64,000 nt of DNA. Origin: Macrostomum lignano (taxonomy: Eukaryota). The stretch lies in assembly GCA_002269645.1 (NCBI GenBank), contig NIVC01000472.1, positions 27,879 through 91,878 of the forward strand, given 5' to 3'. Position 1 is the first letter of the stretch; each line of letters begins with the position of its first letter. This document shows, piece by piece, positions 1 to 16,504 of the stretch. The notes beneath the pieces were generated by a model. It was not told where the DNA came from and searched no databases. It was given only the letters and a program-made list of their open reading frames with translations. Position numbers and translations under genes: made by a program.

Positions 1-1918
1 TCCGGAAAATTGGACAATGACAGGCAGTTATGCAGATGGCTGGGCCAACAGTCTGATTCAGGTGAACGGCAGGACGGGAGCAGATTCCGACATTGACTGG
101 ACAATCATAATGCCCCAAGTGTTTCATCTGGCAGGCGGCTGCCACTGCGAGGAACTGCGAGGAAACAAGCGACTTCAAGTAGTTCAAGGTCACGCTCAAG
201 TGGAGGTCGGAACAGGTGATAGCCTCTGATCATGCTGATACCAGAAATTGAAGACGAAAACTTCGTTCCTCCCGGCATGGTCAGCAGGGCCAGCCATAGA
301 CTATGGCCATAGACATAGATCTCTAGTCGAGGATAGCTCTGCTGACCACGACCTTCGCACCTCGTCAATGTGCAGTCATAAAGTACAATTCAATACTTTT
401 CTCTCACTGTTATTCAGGAAATCAGCCAGCTGTGGCGGCGGCGGCCTGCGGAATGAGGCCAGCCCAGGACACCTGCTATGCCTTTGATTGCTGCAGCGGC
501 TACTGTAAACAGGCGCTGATGGATTTGCAGGAAATCACTCGAGAAGACAGCATCAGGGACTGTGTCCACCTTGTTAAAGCGACAAGACCGAACGCATCTA
601 ACGAGCTCAGAGTGAGCTTCAGCTTTGAAGAAAAGAAAATTCTACGTAAGATGAACTCCGTTCAGGGCCAGCTGTTTACTCTGTTAAAGTTCACGTTCAA
701 GCGGTACCTGCCGGGGAATCTGGACACACCTGGACTCAAGACCTACAATGCGAAGACAATCATGTTCTTCATGCTGAAGCGGCACCACAGAGAAGAGGAA
801 GCTGAGTGGCAGCCGAAGAATCTCATCAAGCTGCTCAAAGAATCGCTCGACATGATGCTGAGCTTCATCGAATCGAACAGCTCACCTGACGAGTGCATGC
901 CTCACTTCTTCATGCCTGACGCGCCGCTCTACTTCAAGAATGCTGGACTTGGCGGCGACTTTGACAACACTAAGTCAATGGTTCGAGACCGATTGAGGCA
1001 GGTGAGAAGCAGCACCGAGGACTTGTTTCAAGCTCTCCAGAAACTCATGCAACCACTGCAGTCGAAGAGCTTCTATTTCCATCCGTTCACTCTGCTCCCG
1101 TTGACTCAACCTTCAATTAAAAGAAAGATACACATCAGTGGTGGCTATCCACACTATGCGGATGTGTACGGTGTTATATGCTACTGTGTTAAGAAATTGC
1201 ATTCGAAGAGTTGCGACAAGGAGGACCTCTTGAGCCAACTAAAACTGCTCGAGAGCCTGCCTTGGTGCAAGTCCGCTGTTATCTGCCTGACTGCCATGGC
1301 CCACTTGAAATTCAAGGATATTACTTGTGCTGTCCAACTGATGAAGGAGCTCATTAGTCACAAAGTAATGAACGGACTCAAAATCGAGCACTGTGGACGG
1401 AGAAACAATTGCACAAAGTTTTTTCTTTGCTGCCAGTCTCACGGCTTGGACTGGGCGTGGAGGTTCTGCTTACCATGGACTGCAGTACCCGAGTTCCCTT
1501 TCCTGCCTGAGTTCACGAGTTCCCTGCTCACCGCCAGGATAGAGCACCCTCGCTCGTCTCACCTGTACCTGAACTTCCGCTGCCTGAGCTGGAGTCTGCA
1601 AGCTGAGCTGCTGGACAGGGGTTGACTGACACTGCCTCGTGGATGCCAGAGCTGCAGGACGACCCGGACTTGGAGGAGCTGCTCACTCTGGCTCACTACA
1701 GCGACAGTAGAGAGCAGGTGGAGTTCAGTCTACGCCAAATGGAAATGGTCCGAGACGAAAGACGCGTTGCCATGGAGAAGCAGGACTATGAGAAGATTGA
1801 AACGGTCAAAAATAAGTTAAAAAGCTTGACTGGCGACGAGAAGAATTCACCTGCTTGGAGCGCGACAAGCCAGAACAGCTCACAAGCTAGACCTGAGCGC
1901 TGTTGCTTTTGCTGTTGA
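1..1918 (+). CDS. cGAS-like receptor / Mab-21 family nucleotidyltransferase, 5'-truncated by the window edge; exon <2..215, intron 216..417, exon 418..1918 with a 1-nt frameshift at the G-run 1618-1621
   Basis: NTase motif TGSYADGW...DSDID in 17..229. The GT(216)..AG(417) phase-1 intron joins in frame to ORF 432..1625, which has the third Asp (QDTCYAF) and Mab-21 motifs ELRVSFSFEEKKIL and LKTYNAKTIMFFML. One extra G in the G-run fuses it to ORF 1622..1918. Confidence 0.85.
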
Positions 1919-2261
1919 TAAATAAAACTCCGGATTTTTACTGAAGGTGAAGAATGAAGAGTAACTGCAATTAATTCTCTGTTTGTATAGCGTTTGTAAA
2001 ATCCAATTATTGCATAATCAAACGTCACATTGTGTAGAGTAAGAGAGCCTCGTATAGCTATTTAAATTTTATGCTTAGCTATTGAAAATTTATACTCGTA
2101 TTTTTAAATAAAACATGATTATTTTGGAATAAAATATTTTTTCAAACTAATAACTAATAACTAATAACCAACTAATTGGCTTGTGCTTTTTAAGTGGTTA
2201 AATTTTGAGTCCCAAAATCAATAGGAATAGCCTCGCTAGTTTGGTAGCCGCATTTGGCGAA

Positions 2262-6536
<4,275 letters not shown>

Positions 6537-8411
6537 CTTCAATTTCTGTTGAAACAATTAGAATCTAAAAATTTTTAGTTCAAAAAATTGCCGCTAAAAA
6601 TCCTAAAAAAACTTTTTTTTTAGTTGGCTTACCTGATCAATGGACAGAATTTGTACCGATTAAAAACGTAGAGTAGGAATATTTGCTTTTTTGCAAGCCT
6701 AAATCTTATATACTAAAAATCTTAAGCCTAAAGGTCTTTCTTATCGAATGGACTAATGGACTTATACCCAGATAGACTGGACGATCTTCATTTGGCAGAG
6801 AAAGCAAATGTCAATTCCAGTACACACTCGGTGCTCTGAAAAACTTTAGTTAGCACGAGTTGAACGAGTGACACGACAGTGCCCACCGTTATCGCAATCA
6901 GGCAGCCGAAGCAACTGACTATAGCTTACCCAGTCCACACAGCACAGACACTGTACTGCCAGTTCACTTTGAGGCAAGAAGTGCAAGACAGTCAGTTATC
7001 GCAAATGTCAATCCTCGACTTGATTTAAAGTTCAAACTTATAGCTGGATAATTGCCTATGTCACGTGTGGTACGGCCGTTGTCTTGGAAAATACTTATTT
7101 TTGTGTTTGCACCAACGGCCAACGTCCATCTAGCTGATACGCGTGTTTTAGCTACTGTTGTTTAATGAGTACATCAATATTTAAAAGTAATTGAGAAGTT
7201 AGGCTATATTTTCTGACTAATTTAATGAATGTGCGTACCTCACGAATACGACAAAAACTATGCCAATCAAATAATTGCCAACGTGTTTTGATGCTCTTTT
7301 CCAGTCATGCAAAAATGAGTCTTCACAGTCACAGATCGTCTTTTTGGCCACTCATGTCCAATGCAACAAAATTTACTAAATTTAAAAACACCACACTCCC
7401 TCTGGAGTGAGACACCACAACTTTAAATTTGCGCACTCACCTCTCACTTACGTAAAAGAGGGGTGGGTGCTGAGCACACGCGTACATGACTCAAAACTGG
7501 GGGTTGGGCGCTACAAATGTACGGTACAAGATCGGTACAAAGCAAACAAAATATTCTAAATATTTTAAATAAAAGTAAATAAATATAACGTGTATTTTAT
7601 GTAGTACATGGGTCGATTCCAAGTGCAGTCAGATTAATTTGTAAATAAGTATATTTTTATTTATTTATTTAGTCAACTTGACATACCTTCCAATTCCGAA
7701 CTGCTTAAAAGTCAGGATTCCCGTCCGGAAAGCTAATTAAAAGAAACACTCATGTTAGTAACTTTTTGTGTATAATTATGCTCTAATTTTTTTAAAACTA
7801 CTCTTTGTCTACTGTGTTAGTAGTATTCTTCTGTTTTTATGGTAGAAGTCCAACATTAGTCATATTCAAATAAGAATTCAACAAAGCAAAGTACATGTCA
7901 ATTTGCAAAGACCAATTTTACTAAATTGGTACAAAAGTTTTATAGAAAAGTGGTGATTTTTTAAGAAAATCAGATTAGATAAATTTAAAAGTTGGTGTAT
8001 TTGTAGTTAAAAAATCGATAGGGTTTAAACTGCGTTTTAGTTAAAATAAAAAAACTGGGAATGAGAGGGTTAAGCAAAAAATATCTGGGTAAAATTCAAC
8101 ACGGTTTTGTGACAATGTCACCAGGGTTCTTATGTCGCCAAACAGCCCCCCCCCCTACATCTTTTGTTTAATTTTTTGTTGACTTTTTATTCGGCGCTGT
8201 AGTTTGTTATAATTAAAAAAATATTAGAAGCAAAATAATATGAATATGGCAATCATATAATATATTATTACTAATTATTTCAAGTTCTTTTATAGCTAAT
8301 ATTTCGGTTATAGCGTCAATTCTGTGAAGAAGTGTTAGCACACGGTACATTTAAATTTTGTAATCAGTCTCTAAATAAGCAAACAGGCAGGGCAGGATTG
8401 GCACATTTCGG

Positions 8412-11400
8412 TCACTCGTCCTTCCCATTGGCTAGAAAAGTACTCAATGAGTCATCCATGGCGCTCATGAAAGGCGTGGTTGGAGGTGCGGCCAGTTTCC
8501 CGGTGAACTTGCTGACATACTGACCGTCTCTGTAGGTGGTGATGTCCTCATCTCGACTATCGAACCACTTGTAGAACAGCTGGGACGCGTCAAGGTCGAA
8601 GCCATAATTAGCCTGTTTGGCCAGCCCAACCGTGTAATCCGTCTGAAGATCGACAGCTTCTTGGTGGCTTTTCAGCGCTGCCTCTCTGAAAAATGAAAGT
8701 TAACCAATTAAAATTCCAACAACTGAGCGCATAAAAACGGGTGGACGTGTTGTACCCAAGCACGCACTCATACACTTCCTTCATGCTCACCGCTCCAGCC
8801 AAGGTTTCGTGTCGGCGTCCATCTCGGCAGAACTTGGCAGCTGGATGCCGCCAGTCAGGTAACGAACTGTCCACAGCGCCTGTGCATCGAACATTGGGAA
8901 GCTGTAGAATTGGTTCTGAGCTCCCACATACATCAGGCGGTTGTTGCCACCAGCGAGCCAAATGATGCCTTTGTACAGTCCGGCCGGGTACAAAAGGTTC
9001 GGACCGCGAAGTCGCAGTTGCTCGGCCAGGTACGGGTAGTGATGCAGGTAGCCGGTGGCCAGAATGATGCAATCGATCTAAATTTAGGGGAACATGACAA
9101 TTAGAAGGTCAGACCATTCATTTTAGGAACCGATAGAATTCATTGATCATTTGTTCGAGTCCATTTCTCTGACACAATTTTTAGGAAGTTATATTTGAAA
9201 AGTGCATTATTTGTTATAGTGAAACAACAGAAGTACATATAATTATCAAATAATGTCTGAGCCACTTTTTCAACTGCAAAATAAGACAATACAAGACTTC
9301 CAAGAAGCATATTGACAACCTTTTCCACCGAGCCATCAGCGAATCGAGCCCAGCCTTCTGTGCCTCCGCCGTCGCTTGGACCGACCTCCGTCACCAGGGG
9401 TCGCTCGGACACGCTTTCCGGCCAGCGAAATCCTAGCGGGTTGGTGCGGTAGCTGCTGATCACCCTGGAGGCGCCGAACTTGACTGACTGCAGCACCGAG
9501 TCCTCAGCTGAGTAGCTGGAGCCGACAACCAGCACCCGCTTGCCGGCGAATTCTCGCCAGCTGCGCAGGTCGTGCGTGTGCACCACGCGTCCTGGGAAGC
9601 GCTCGATGCCTGGATTAGATGGTCAATTATAGATAATTGAGAGGTTTTCTACAGATTCTCCATTCTAATTAAGATAAAATGTACTTTTAAACTAATTGAG
9701 CTGGGTTGTTTCGCGACTGTTTTTTCCTGCAGCCGTTGCAGGTACCCTAGCCTGTAGGTCATTGCGCCAACTGTAGCTGGAGCCCCGCAAAAAGCTGGAG
9801 CACAATGGAAGATATTCAGGCCGCACATTCATTTACACTACTAGACCCAGGTGAGTTAGCCCAATGCTTACTGCAGCAGAAAAGTAAGTATTGCTTTCCG
9901 ATTTTTTTATTGCGTTGAGTTCCAACGCAGAGCTGCATATGGTGTAAGACTGTTTAGCTACTCACTGTGGCCGAGATCAGTAGCTAATAGACAAAGGCAC
10001 TTCTTTCATTTCACTTAGTCGTTGGCCAGAGCAAGACAACGCGGGGCCATAAATTATATTTTATTGTTGAACAAACAGCCCGCTATAGCTTCAAGTGTCA
10101 GCCTGAAGGTAGACAGCACAATAAAGCGTCTGAATAAAAAAATGAAATCATTCTTTGAAGGAGGGTTCGCTTACACAATCAAGTGAAGAGGCTGAGAGAT
10201 TTAAAGCTGAGCTCTACGCTAAAATGACGCGTGGACGAGGCGCCAGCACCAGGGGCTTTAGCACCAGGGGCTTTAGCACCAGGGGCTTTAGCACCAGGGG
10301 CTTTAGCACCAGGGGCTTTAGCACCAGGGGCTTTAGCACCAGGGGCTTTAGCACCAGGGGCTTTAGCACCAGGGGCTTTAGCACCAGGGGCTTTAGCACC
10401 AGGGGCTTTAGCACCAGGGGCTTTAGCACCAGGGGCTTTAGCACCAGGGGCTTTAGCACCAGGGGCTTTAGCACCAGGGGCTTTAGCACCAGGGGCTTTA
10501 GCACCAGGGGCTTTAGCACCAGGGGCTTTAGCACCAGGGGCTTTAGCACCAGGGGCTTTAGCACCAGGGGCTTTAGCACCAGGGGCTTTAGCACCAGGGG
10601 CTTTAGCACCAGGGGCTTTAGCACCAGGGGCTTTAGCACCAGGGGCTTTAGCACCAGGGGCTTTAGCACCAGGGGCTTTAGCACCAGGGGCTTTAGCACC
10701 AGGGGCTTTAGCACCAGGGGCTTTAGCACCAGGGGCTTTAGCATCAGGGGTGCCAGCACCAGGGGCTTTAGCATCAGGGGCTTTAGCATCAGGGGTGCCA
10801 GCACCAGGGGCGCCAGCACCAGGGGCGCCAGCACCAGGGGCGCCAGCACCAGGGGCACCAGCACCAGGGGCGCCAGCACCAGGGGCGCCAGCACCAGGGG
10901 CGCCAGCACCAAGGGGCGCCAGCACCAGGGGCGCCAGCACCAGGGGCGCCAGCACCAGGGGCGCCAGCACCAGGGGCGCCAGCACCAGGGGCGCCAGCAC
11001 CAGGGGCGCCAGCACCAGGGGCGCCAGCACCAGGGGCGCCAGCACCAGGGGCGCCAGCACCAGGGGCGCCAGCACCAGGGGCGCCAGCACCAGGGGCGCC
11101 AGCACCAGGGGCGCCAGCACCAGGGGCGCCAGCACCAGGGGCGCCAGCACCAGGGGCGCCAGCACCAGGGGCGCCAGCACCAGGGGCGCCAGCACCAGGG
11201 GCGCCAGCACCAGGGGCGCCAGCACCAGGGGCGCCAGCACCAGGGGCGCCAGCACCAGGGGCGCCAGCACCAGGGGCGCCAGCACCAGGGGCGCCAGCAC
11301 CAGGGGCGCCAGCACCAGGGGCGCCAGCACCAGGGGCGCCAGCACCAGGGGCGCCAGCACCAGGGGCGCCAGCACCAGGGGCGCCAGCACCAGGGGCGCC

Positions 11401-12502
11401 AGCACCAGGGGCGCCAGCACCAGGGGCGCCAGCACCAGGGGCGCCAGCACAGGTTAACTCGGGGATAAAATATTGTATCTGTTGGATTTCGAAGCGCACC
11501 CCAGAGACTAGAGTCATCCTACCTTTGAAGTAGGGCACATTAGGGTTGGAGAAGTGCCCGCTGCAGTTGACAACGTAGTCAAACTCTTTTGGATCAAGTA
11601 CACGGTTTTGCTCCAGGTCCTTCACCAGCACACTGAACTTCTCCTTGGCTGGGTCGAAAGTCACGCTTTGAACCGAGTGTAGCAGAGTCACCTTGGGCTT
11701 CAGGTTGTACTGGTTCCAGCGGCCTGAAATTTGACAAGAAATTTCAATTAATTTAGTGTGTAATAACGTTTAAAGGTGATCTTTTAATACGCTGATACTG
11801 AATGAGCTCCGATACTTTCTAGGGCTGTAGGGTAAATTTAAACAAAAAAGCTCTCAAACTTTAAGAGTAAAAATGTCTAAGTCACACCTGCCGCAGGAAA
11901 ATAACAATTATCATTAGATGGTTTAAACAAGCGCGCCAATACTGTACGCAGGCACGAACTCATACACACGCTCACACAGGGCGACCCAAAGCCAAACACG
12001 TCAGCGACTGAACTGCTTTGCCCCATTAACAAGTAGTAGAATACAAAATTGCAAAATTACAACCGGTTGAAAACCACTCAACTTCAACGTACCAGACAGA
12101 TAGTCCCTAATCGCTTCTCTCGGCAGAAACGATGGTGTCTTACGACCGAAGTGCTGCTCAAAAGTATAGTCGGGATATTCAATAGTCTCCTTGGGGTTGT
12201 TGGACCACAGGCTGCGGTACATGCTGCCGTGAACGGTTTCACCGTATTCGTCAGTGCCTGCAAAGGTTGAAACACTTGCGGTTGTATAGCACTGAAATAA
12301 AGTACATGTGGACCTACGCACCAGTTCTCCAGGTGTAGTTCCACAGACCGCTCCAGTCGTTCTGTTTCTCAAAGCAGGCCACCTGAGGCATTTCTCCAAC
12401 AGCCCTGCCGCCTTGAAGCCGCAGCTTCTCCAGGTGGTAGAGCACCGACATTCCCGAGGGTCCGGCCCCGATAACGCAAAGTGATCTTTTGGCTGCCTGC
12501 AT
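8412..12502 (-). CDS. Tmm-like flavin-containing monooxygenase, copy 2; exons 12502-12322, 12257-12093, 11723-11523, 9609-9320, 9077-8791, 8685-8412; 465 aa
   Basis: Same intron positions and phases as copy 1, and exons 2-6 have identical lengths (165/201/290/287/274). Exon sum is 1398 nt. Motifs GAGPSG, FPGRVVHTHDLR, GSSYSAED and ATGY are present. Confidence 0.93.
10241..11452. repeat. 15-bp minisatellite, two sub-arrays (GCACCAGGGGCTTTA then GCACCAGGGGCGCCA)
   Basis: Near-perfect tandem array in FMO copy 2 intron 3; source of the spurious RGFST/APGAL ORFs. Confidence 0.97.
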
Positions 12503-13998
12503 CTTCTCTTTGTCTTTTTCCGAAAATAACAAGCTTAAATGAAACCCGTGGCATTGTGTTTTATTTTTATCCCGATGCTGCACCAAAAAAGTTGATAAAA
12601 AGTTAACGAGACAATTTAATAATTTTTTTTTTCGATCAAGTCAAAAAACGCATTGTTTATCTTTTACAAAAAACGGAAGCAGCTTTTATATATCAAATTA
12701 AAATTAAAAACAAAAAATACAGTAAAAATTATTTTAGCAAAACTTATTGGTCAAAAATTGATTCGATGGTAGCTAAATTTTGCAGATAAAACAAAATTTA
12801 TATTAATGGTCTTTGGGTGTTTTTCTTAATACGACAAAATCTATCATACAAGCGTATTAACAGTAAACGATAAGAATATATAAGTAGTTTTCGCTGCATT
12901 AAGAATAAATATTTAAGTAGACTTATAACTGGAAAAGTAGAAAACGATTCATTCCATTGCATTAGAAAAATCGTGATATTTTATTTCAAAAAAATTATTT
13001 TAGAAAAAAATAATTTACCGCCATTTTTGCATGCGCAATTTAACGATCGTCGTCTTATTTTTACAATGTAAAATGCGCCGCCTACAGCGAACAATATACC
13101 AGCTGGTACAAGCACAACGTGTGCACACAGATCAGACCACACTTAAGGGATTTTTACATCTGAAGTTGCTGATTTATACAAATACACGTATATTATAGCT
13201 ACAGCTAAATTGAATAAATGGTACTTAATGAGTAAAGATCTAAAGGCCAAAGGTTTTTCTACTCAATAGTTTTTGTCCGAGACGGGCTTAAACAAAAAAA
13301 CGTTAAAAGTAAATTTTGTCAATTTTTTGCAAATCTATTGCATAAAACATTTGCTATTTTTTAGCTTCTACCATTCCTGCTAACCTATTTTTTACACTTA
13401 TCAGGTCAGTCTGACCCTGTGTGCTATCTGTGCATCGGCTTAGTATTTTTCGCTTAGCTAATTAAAATACGAGTTTGCGCAGTAAAGTGCTAATTAACTT
13501 TGCTAAATAAATTAAAGCCAACGCCTAAGGTTCTAGAAAAAGTGGATAAAATAAATGCCTTTAGATTATACAAGGGGCCTATAGAATTTGATATTTAGAC
13601 TTATTCAACATGAAAATAAAATCTAGCTTTAAAAAGTACGATCTATTGAATTTAATTCTCACGAGACTTTTCTCTCATGAACTAACCTGAACTCAGTTCA
13701 GCAGACTGCTACTAGTGTGTTCAGTTCAGCTTAGGTTTAAAATGCCACGTGACATTAAGACAATTTAAAAAAAAAATCTTGTCTTTTTCAAATTTATTGC
13801 ACTTAATTCTTACAATATAATAGTCAAATTTCATGCAGAACCCTGCAGTTGCTCAAAATGGCACCTGCAATGAGCTGCGCAGTTTCAATAAGGATAAGTC
13901 AATATATATGCAGCTTGTGTAGGGCCGAGCTAAGCAGCACTTCTAAACAGTTTAAAAAAATATTCAGTTAGTCTGTAGCCCTGTAATATAGCCTCTCG

Positions 13999-15261
13999 AT
14001 GATTCCGGTGAGTTTTCCTGCAGCTTATACAACCATTTTTAATAGCTAAAATTAGTTGCTTTGGCTAATTGAAAAGAAGCCAACGTCCAATTGACCCACT
14101 TATTGAGCCTCAAACTGGCTTGTATGTACATTCCGCAACATGTTCATGTGTGCACCCCGAAACTACAGTGACCAAAGAGTGGCAGCTTTTAATCCAACTC
14201 ATAGTCGTAATCTAACTTTCATTCAGTACAGCTCTTCTTGCGATACCTAGTGAAATCAGTAAACAAAGCCGATTGCAAACGTTACATTCAGACCGAGAAA
14301 AATGGATCGAGAGGGTGGGAGAGACTAGAAAGAGTGAATCGAGTGCACAAAAATACTCATAAAAATATTCATTGCTTGTCTACTCGGCTCTGTGAAATTG
14401 CAGTTACATGCACTGGCAGCAGGCGTCCTGTGCGCTGCCCTGGCACTATGCGCAAGCGCCAATGAAGACCTGATGCACCGGCGCTGCTCTGCCCAGTGGA
14501 CTCTGGTGGCCACGCACCAGAACTGGAGCCCGAAACCAACTGAGAAATCGTTTCACTATCAAGTGGGCGCGCACAAGCTTCAAAACTCCCGGAACTTACT
14601 GAAGTCCATTCTAGTGACAGTCAAAGACGATGGGATGCGATTCCCATCTACAGCTGCCGGCATAGGTACTCCGAGTACTAAATATGGCACTTTTAAAGTT
14701 CCAGCCTATGCGACCGTCAATGTTTGGCAGCTGGTTGCTCGAACAGGCAGCGAGGTTGCGAGCCTTGAGAAAACGATCGCTCTCAGAGATCAACGAAAGC
14801 CGTATTCAGTAGTATCTTGCCAAGTCACTTACCAGCTGCCGCAGCGCATCACTGGCAACACCTGGGTGCAGCTCAGGCACGACGGCACCGGAAAGTACTT
14901 GACAACCACCAACAGAAAGGGTTGGGACGCTGGGACGCTGAGCTCAAGCAAGAACAACAAGTTTAGATTCGAGGAGATCAGATCGGGTGTCTACAGAATA
15001 GTTGCCGACTCAGTCCGTTTCTCTGGATACAATTACCTGTACTCCTCCTTTGCCGGGGGCATCTATTTGGATGATAGCGACACCTCAAACGGGAAGCAGC
15101 TCTGGACGCTGAGCACCAGCGACCTGAGAGCCGGAGACTCCATCGCCATCGAGAATGTGTACTACCCCGGTGCCTACATGATCAGGTACGAAGGCTCAAC
15201 TACCAATGTGTTCTGCGAGTACACGAGCCACCCAGACTATTGGACTGTTGAACTGGCCTGA
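13999..15261 (+). CDS. Secreted lysenin-family protein (aerolysin-type N-domain plus C-terminal beta-trefoil), copy 1; exons 13999-14007 and 14404-15261; 288 aa
   Basis: ATGATTCCG|GTGAGT donor and TTGCAG| acceptor give the signal peptide MIPLHALAAGVLCAALALCASA. C-domain motifs NRKGWDAGTL, FSGYNYLYSSFAGGIYLD, TNVFC and DYWTVELA match recalled earthworm lysenin SRKSWPAATL, YSGYEYAYSSDQGGIYFD, TNVYC and DKWILEVV. Confidence 0.88.
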
Positions 15262-15804
15262 TCCAACAATTACTGAATTAACGAATTAACAATCGTACAC
15301 AACACGGGCTGAATTCTAATATGGTCGATTTTCCTAGATTTTTATTTTATAGAATCTTTAGGCAAAATAATTAGTAATATCTACAAAGACGTTCGAACCT
15401 TTTTCTGAAACTCTACCGGATTATTTTTGTTTCATCCAAATAGCATACGTTGCAGGTACAGAAATTATTTGCTTCACCCTCACTGTTCGAATAACCAAAT
15501 AAATGAGCAATTTAAAACCGCTATGGATGTTTGGCGTAACCGAAACAAAACGCTGCATGTCTTGTCTTCCACTTTTCAGTAGAGAGAATGGGAAATTTCC
15601 GTCAGATCCTACGGCGCAGCTGCATCAGCGGTTTCGCTCTTAAATGAGTCGCCATCTGAGAGTTTGACAGGCAATTTTGTTGCTGAGTTCGTTCGGCCTT
15701 CGTTAACTACTTTTCCCAGAAGTGCACCATGTGACACTGACTTCTCAAGACCCTGACGAGTATTTTTTTGTTGTTGTTGAAAGCAAGCTAAAACTCAGTC
15801 AACA

Positions 15805-16092
15805 AGGCTGTCAGGGCTGAGGTCAGTGTCGGGGCTGAGGGGTGTCAGGGCTGAAGTGTGTGGGGGCTGAGGGGTGTGGGGGCTGAGGGGTGTGGGGGCT
15901 GAGGGGTGTCGGGGCTGAGGGGTGTCAGGGCTGAGGTGTGTGGGGGCTGAGGCCGGTGTCAGGGCTGAGGTGTGTGGGGGCTGAGGGGTGTCGGGGCTGA
16001 GGCCGGTGTCGGGGCTGAGGGGTGTCAGGGCTGAGGGTTTCAGGGCTGAGGGGTGTCAGGGCTGAGGGTTTCAGGGCTGAGGGGTGTCAGGG
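15805..16092. repeat. G-rich ~16-bp minisatellite (GGGGCTGAGGGGTGTC variants)
   Basis: Tandem copies between the two lysenin-like genes. Confidence 0.9.
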
Positions 16093-16504
16093 CACAAATT
16101 TACTTATGTTTATTCTTAAGTCTGGTTAATGTGAGCTTAAAGATAGAGTACCAGAAACAAGTCAGTCGATTTTCGCGCAAAATTTTTAACCATTTAGAAA
16201 TCCGCATCTCAGAGCTGCAGAACTGCAGAACCAGAATTGACAGGTTCCAAACTAGTTTTAGTTATGAAAACTTGCTAATAATAAAATTTGTTGATCTGTT
16301 ATTAGTGTTATTCGATAGTCAGGGCCTCTCTTTAAACTGTTTACATTTAATTTAAATAAACTAATGTTAATATCTGAAACTAAGTTTAGTCAGCCCCAAG
16401 CCGATAATTCAATCTAAGATATAAATTCTTTAAATTCGTGCCTCTCCGGCTTTGGAGTTCCGCAAACTTTGTACCCAGCATCCGACGTTCTTCATCGCTC
16501 CGAA

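Noticed and set aside
10155-11691. Long ORFs (RGFST, APGAL, VLKPL repeats) and all similar ORFs at 20274-23428, 26083-26981, 28370-30750, 33915-37435, 39452-42498, 45319-47300, 53553-56977, 59028-60717 and 62960-63541
   Set aside because: They are translations of tandem repeats, open on several frames and both strands, and often lie in introns of real genes.
14392-14403. GTG starts of ORFs 14392 and 16866 (and TTG/GTG starts generally)
   Set aside because: Eukaryotic genes; ATG-containing 9-nt upstream exons with consensus donors explain both starts.
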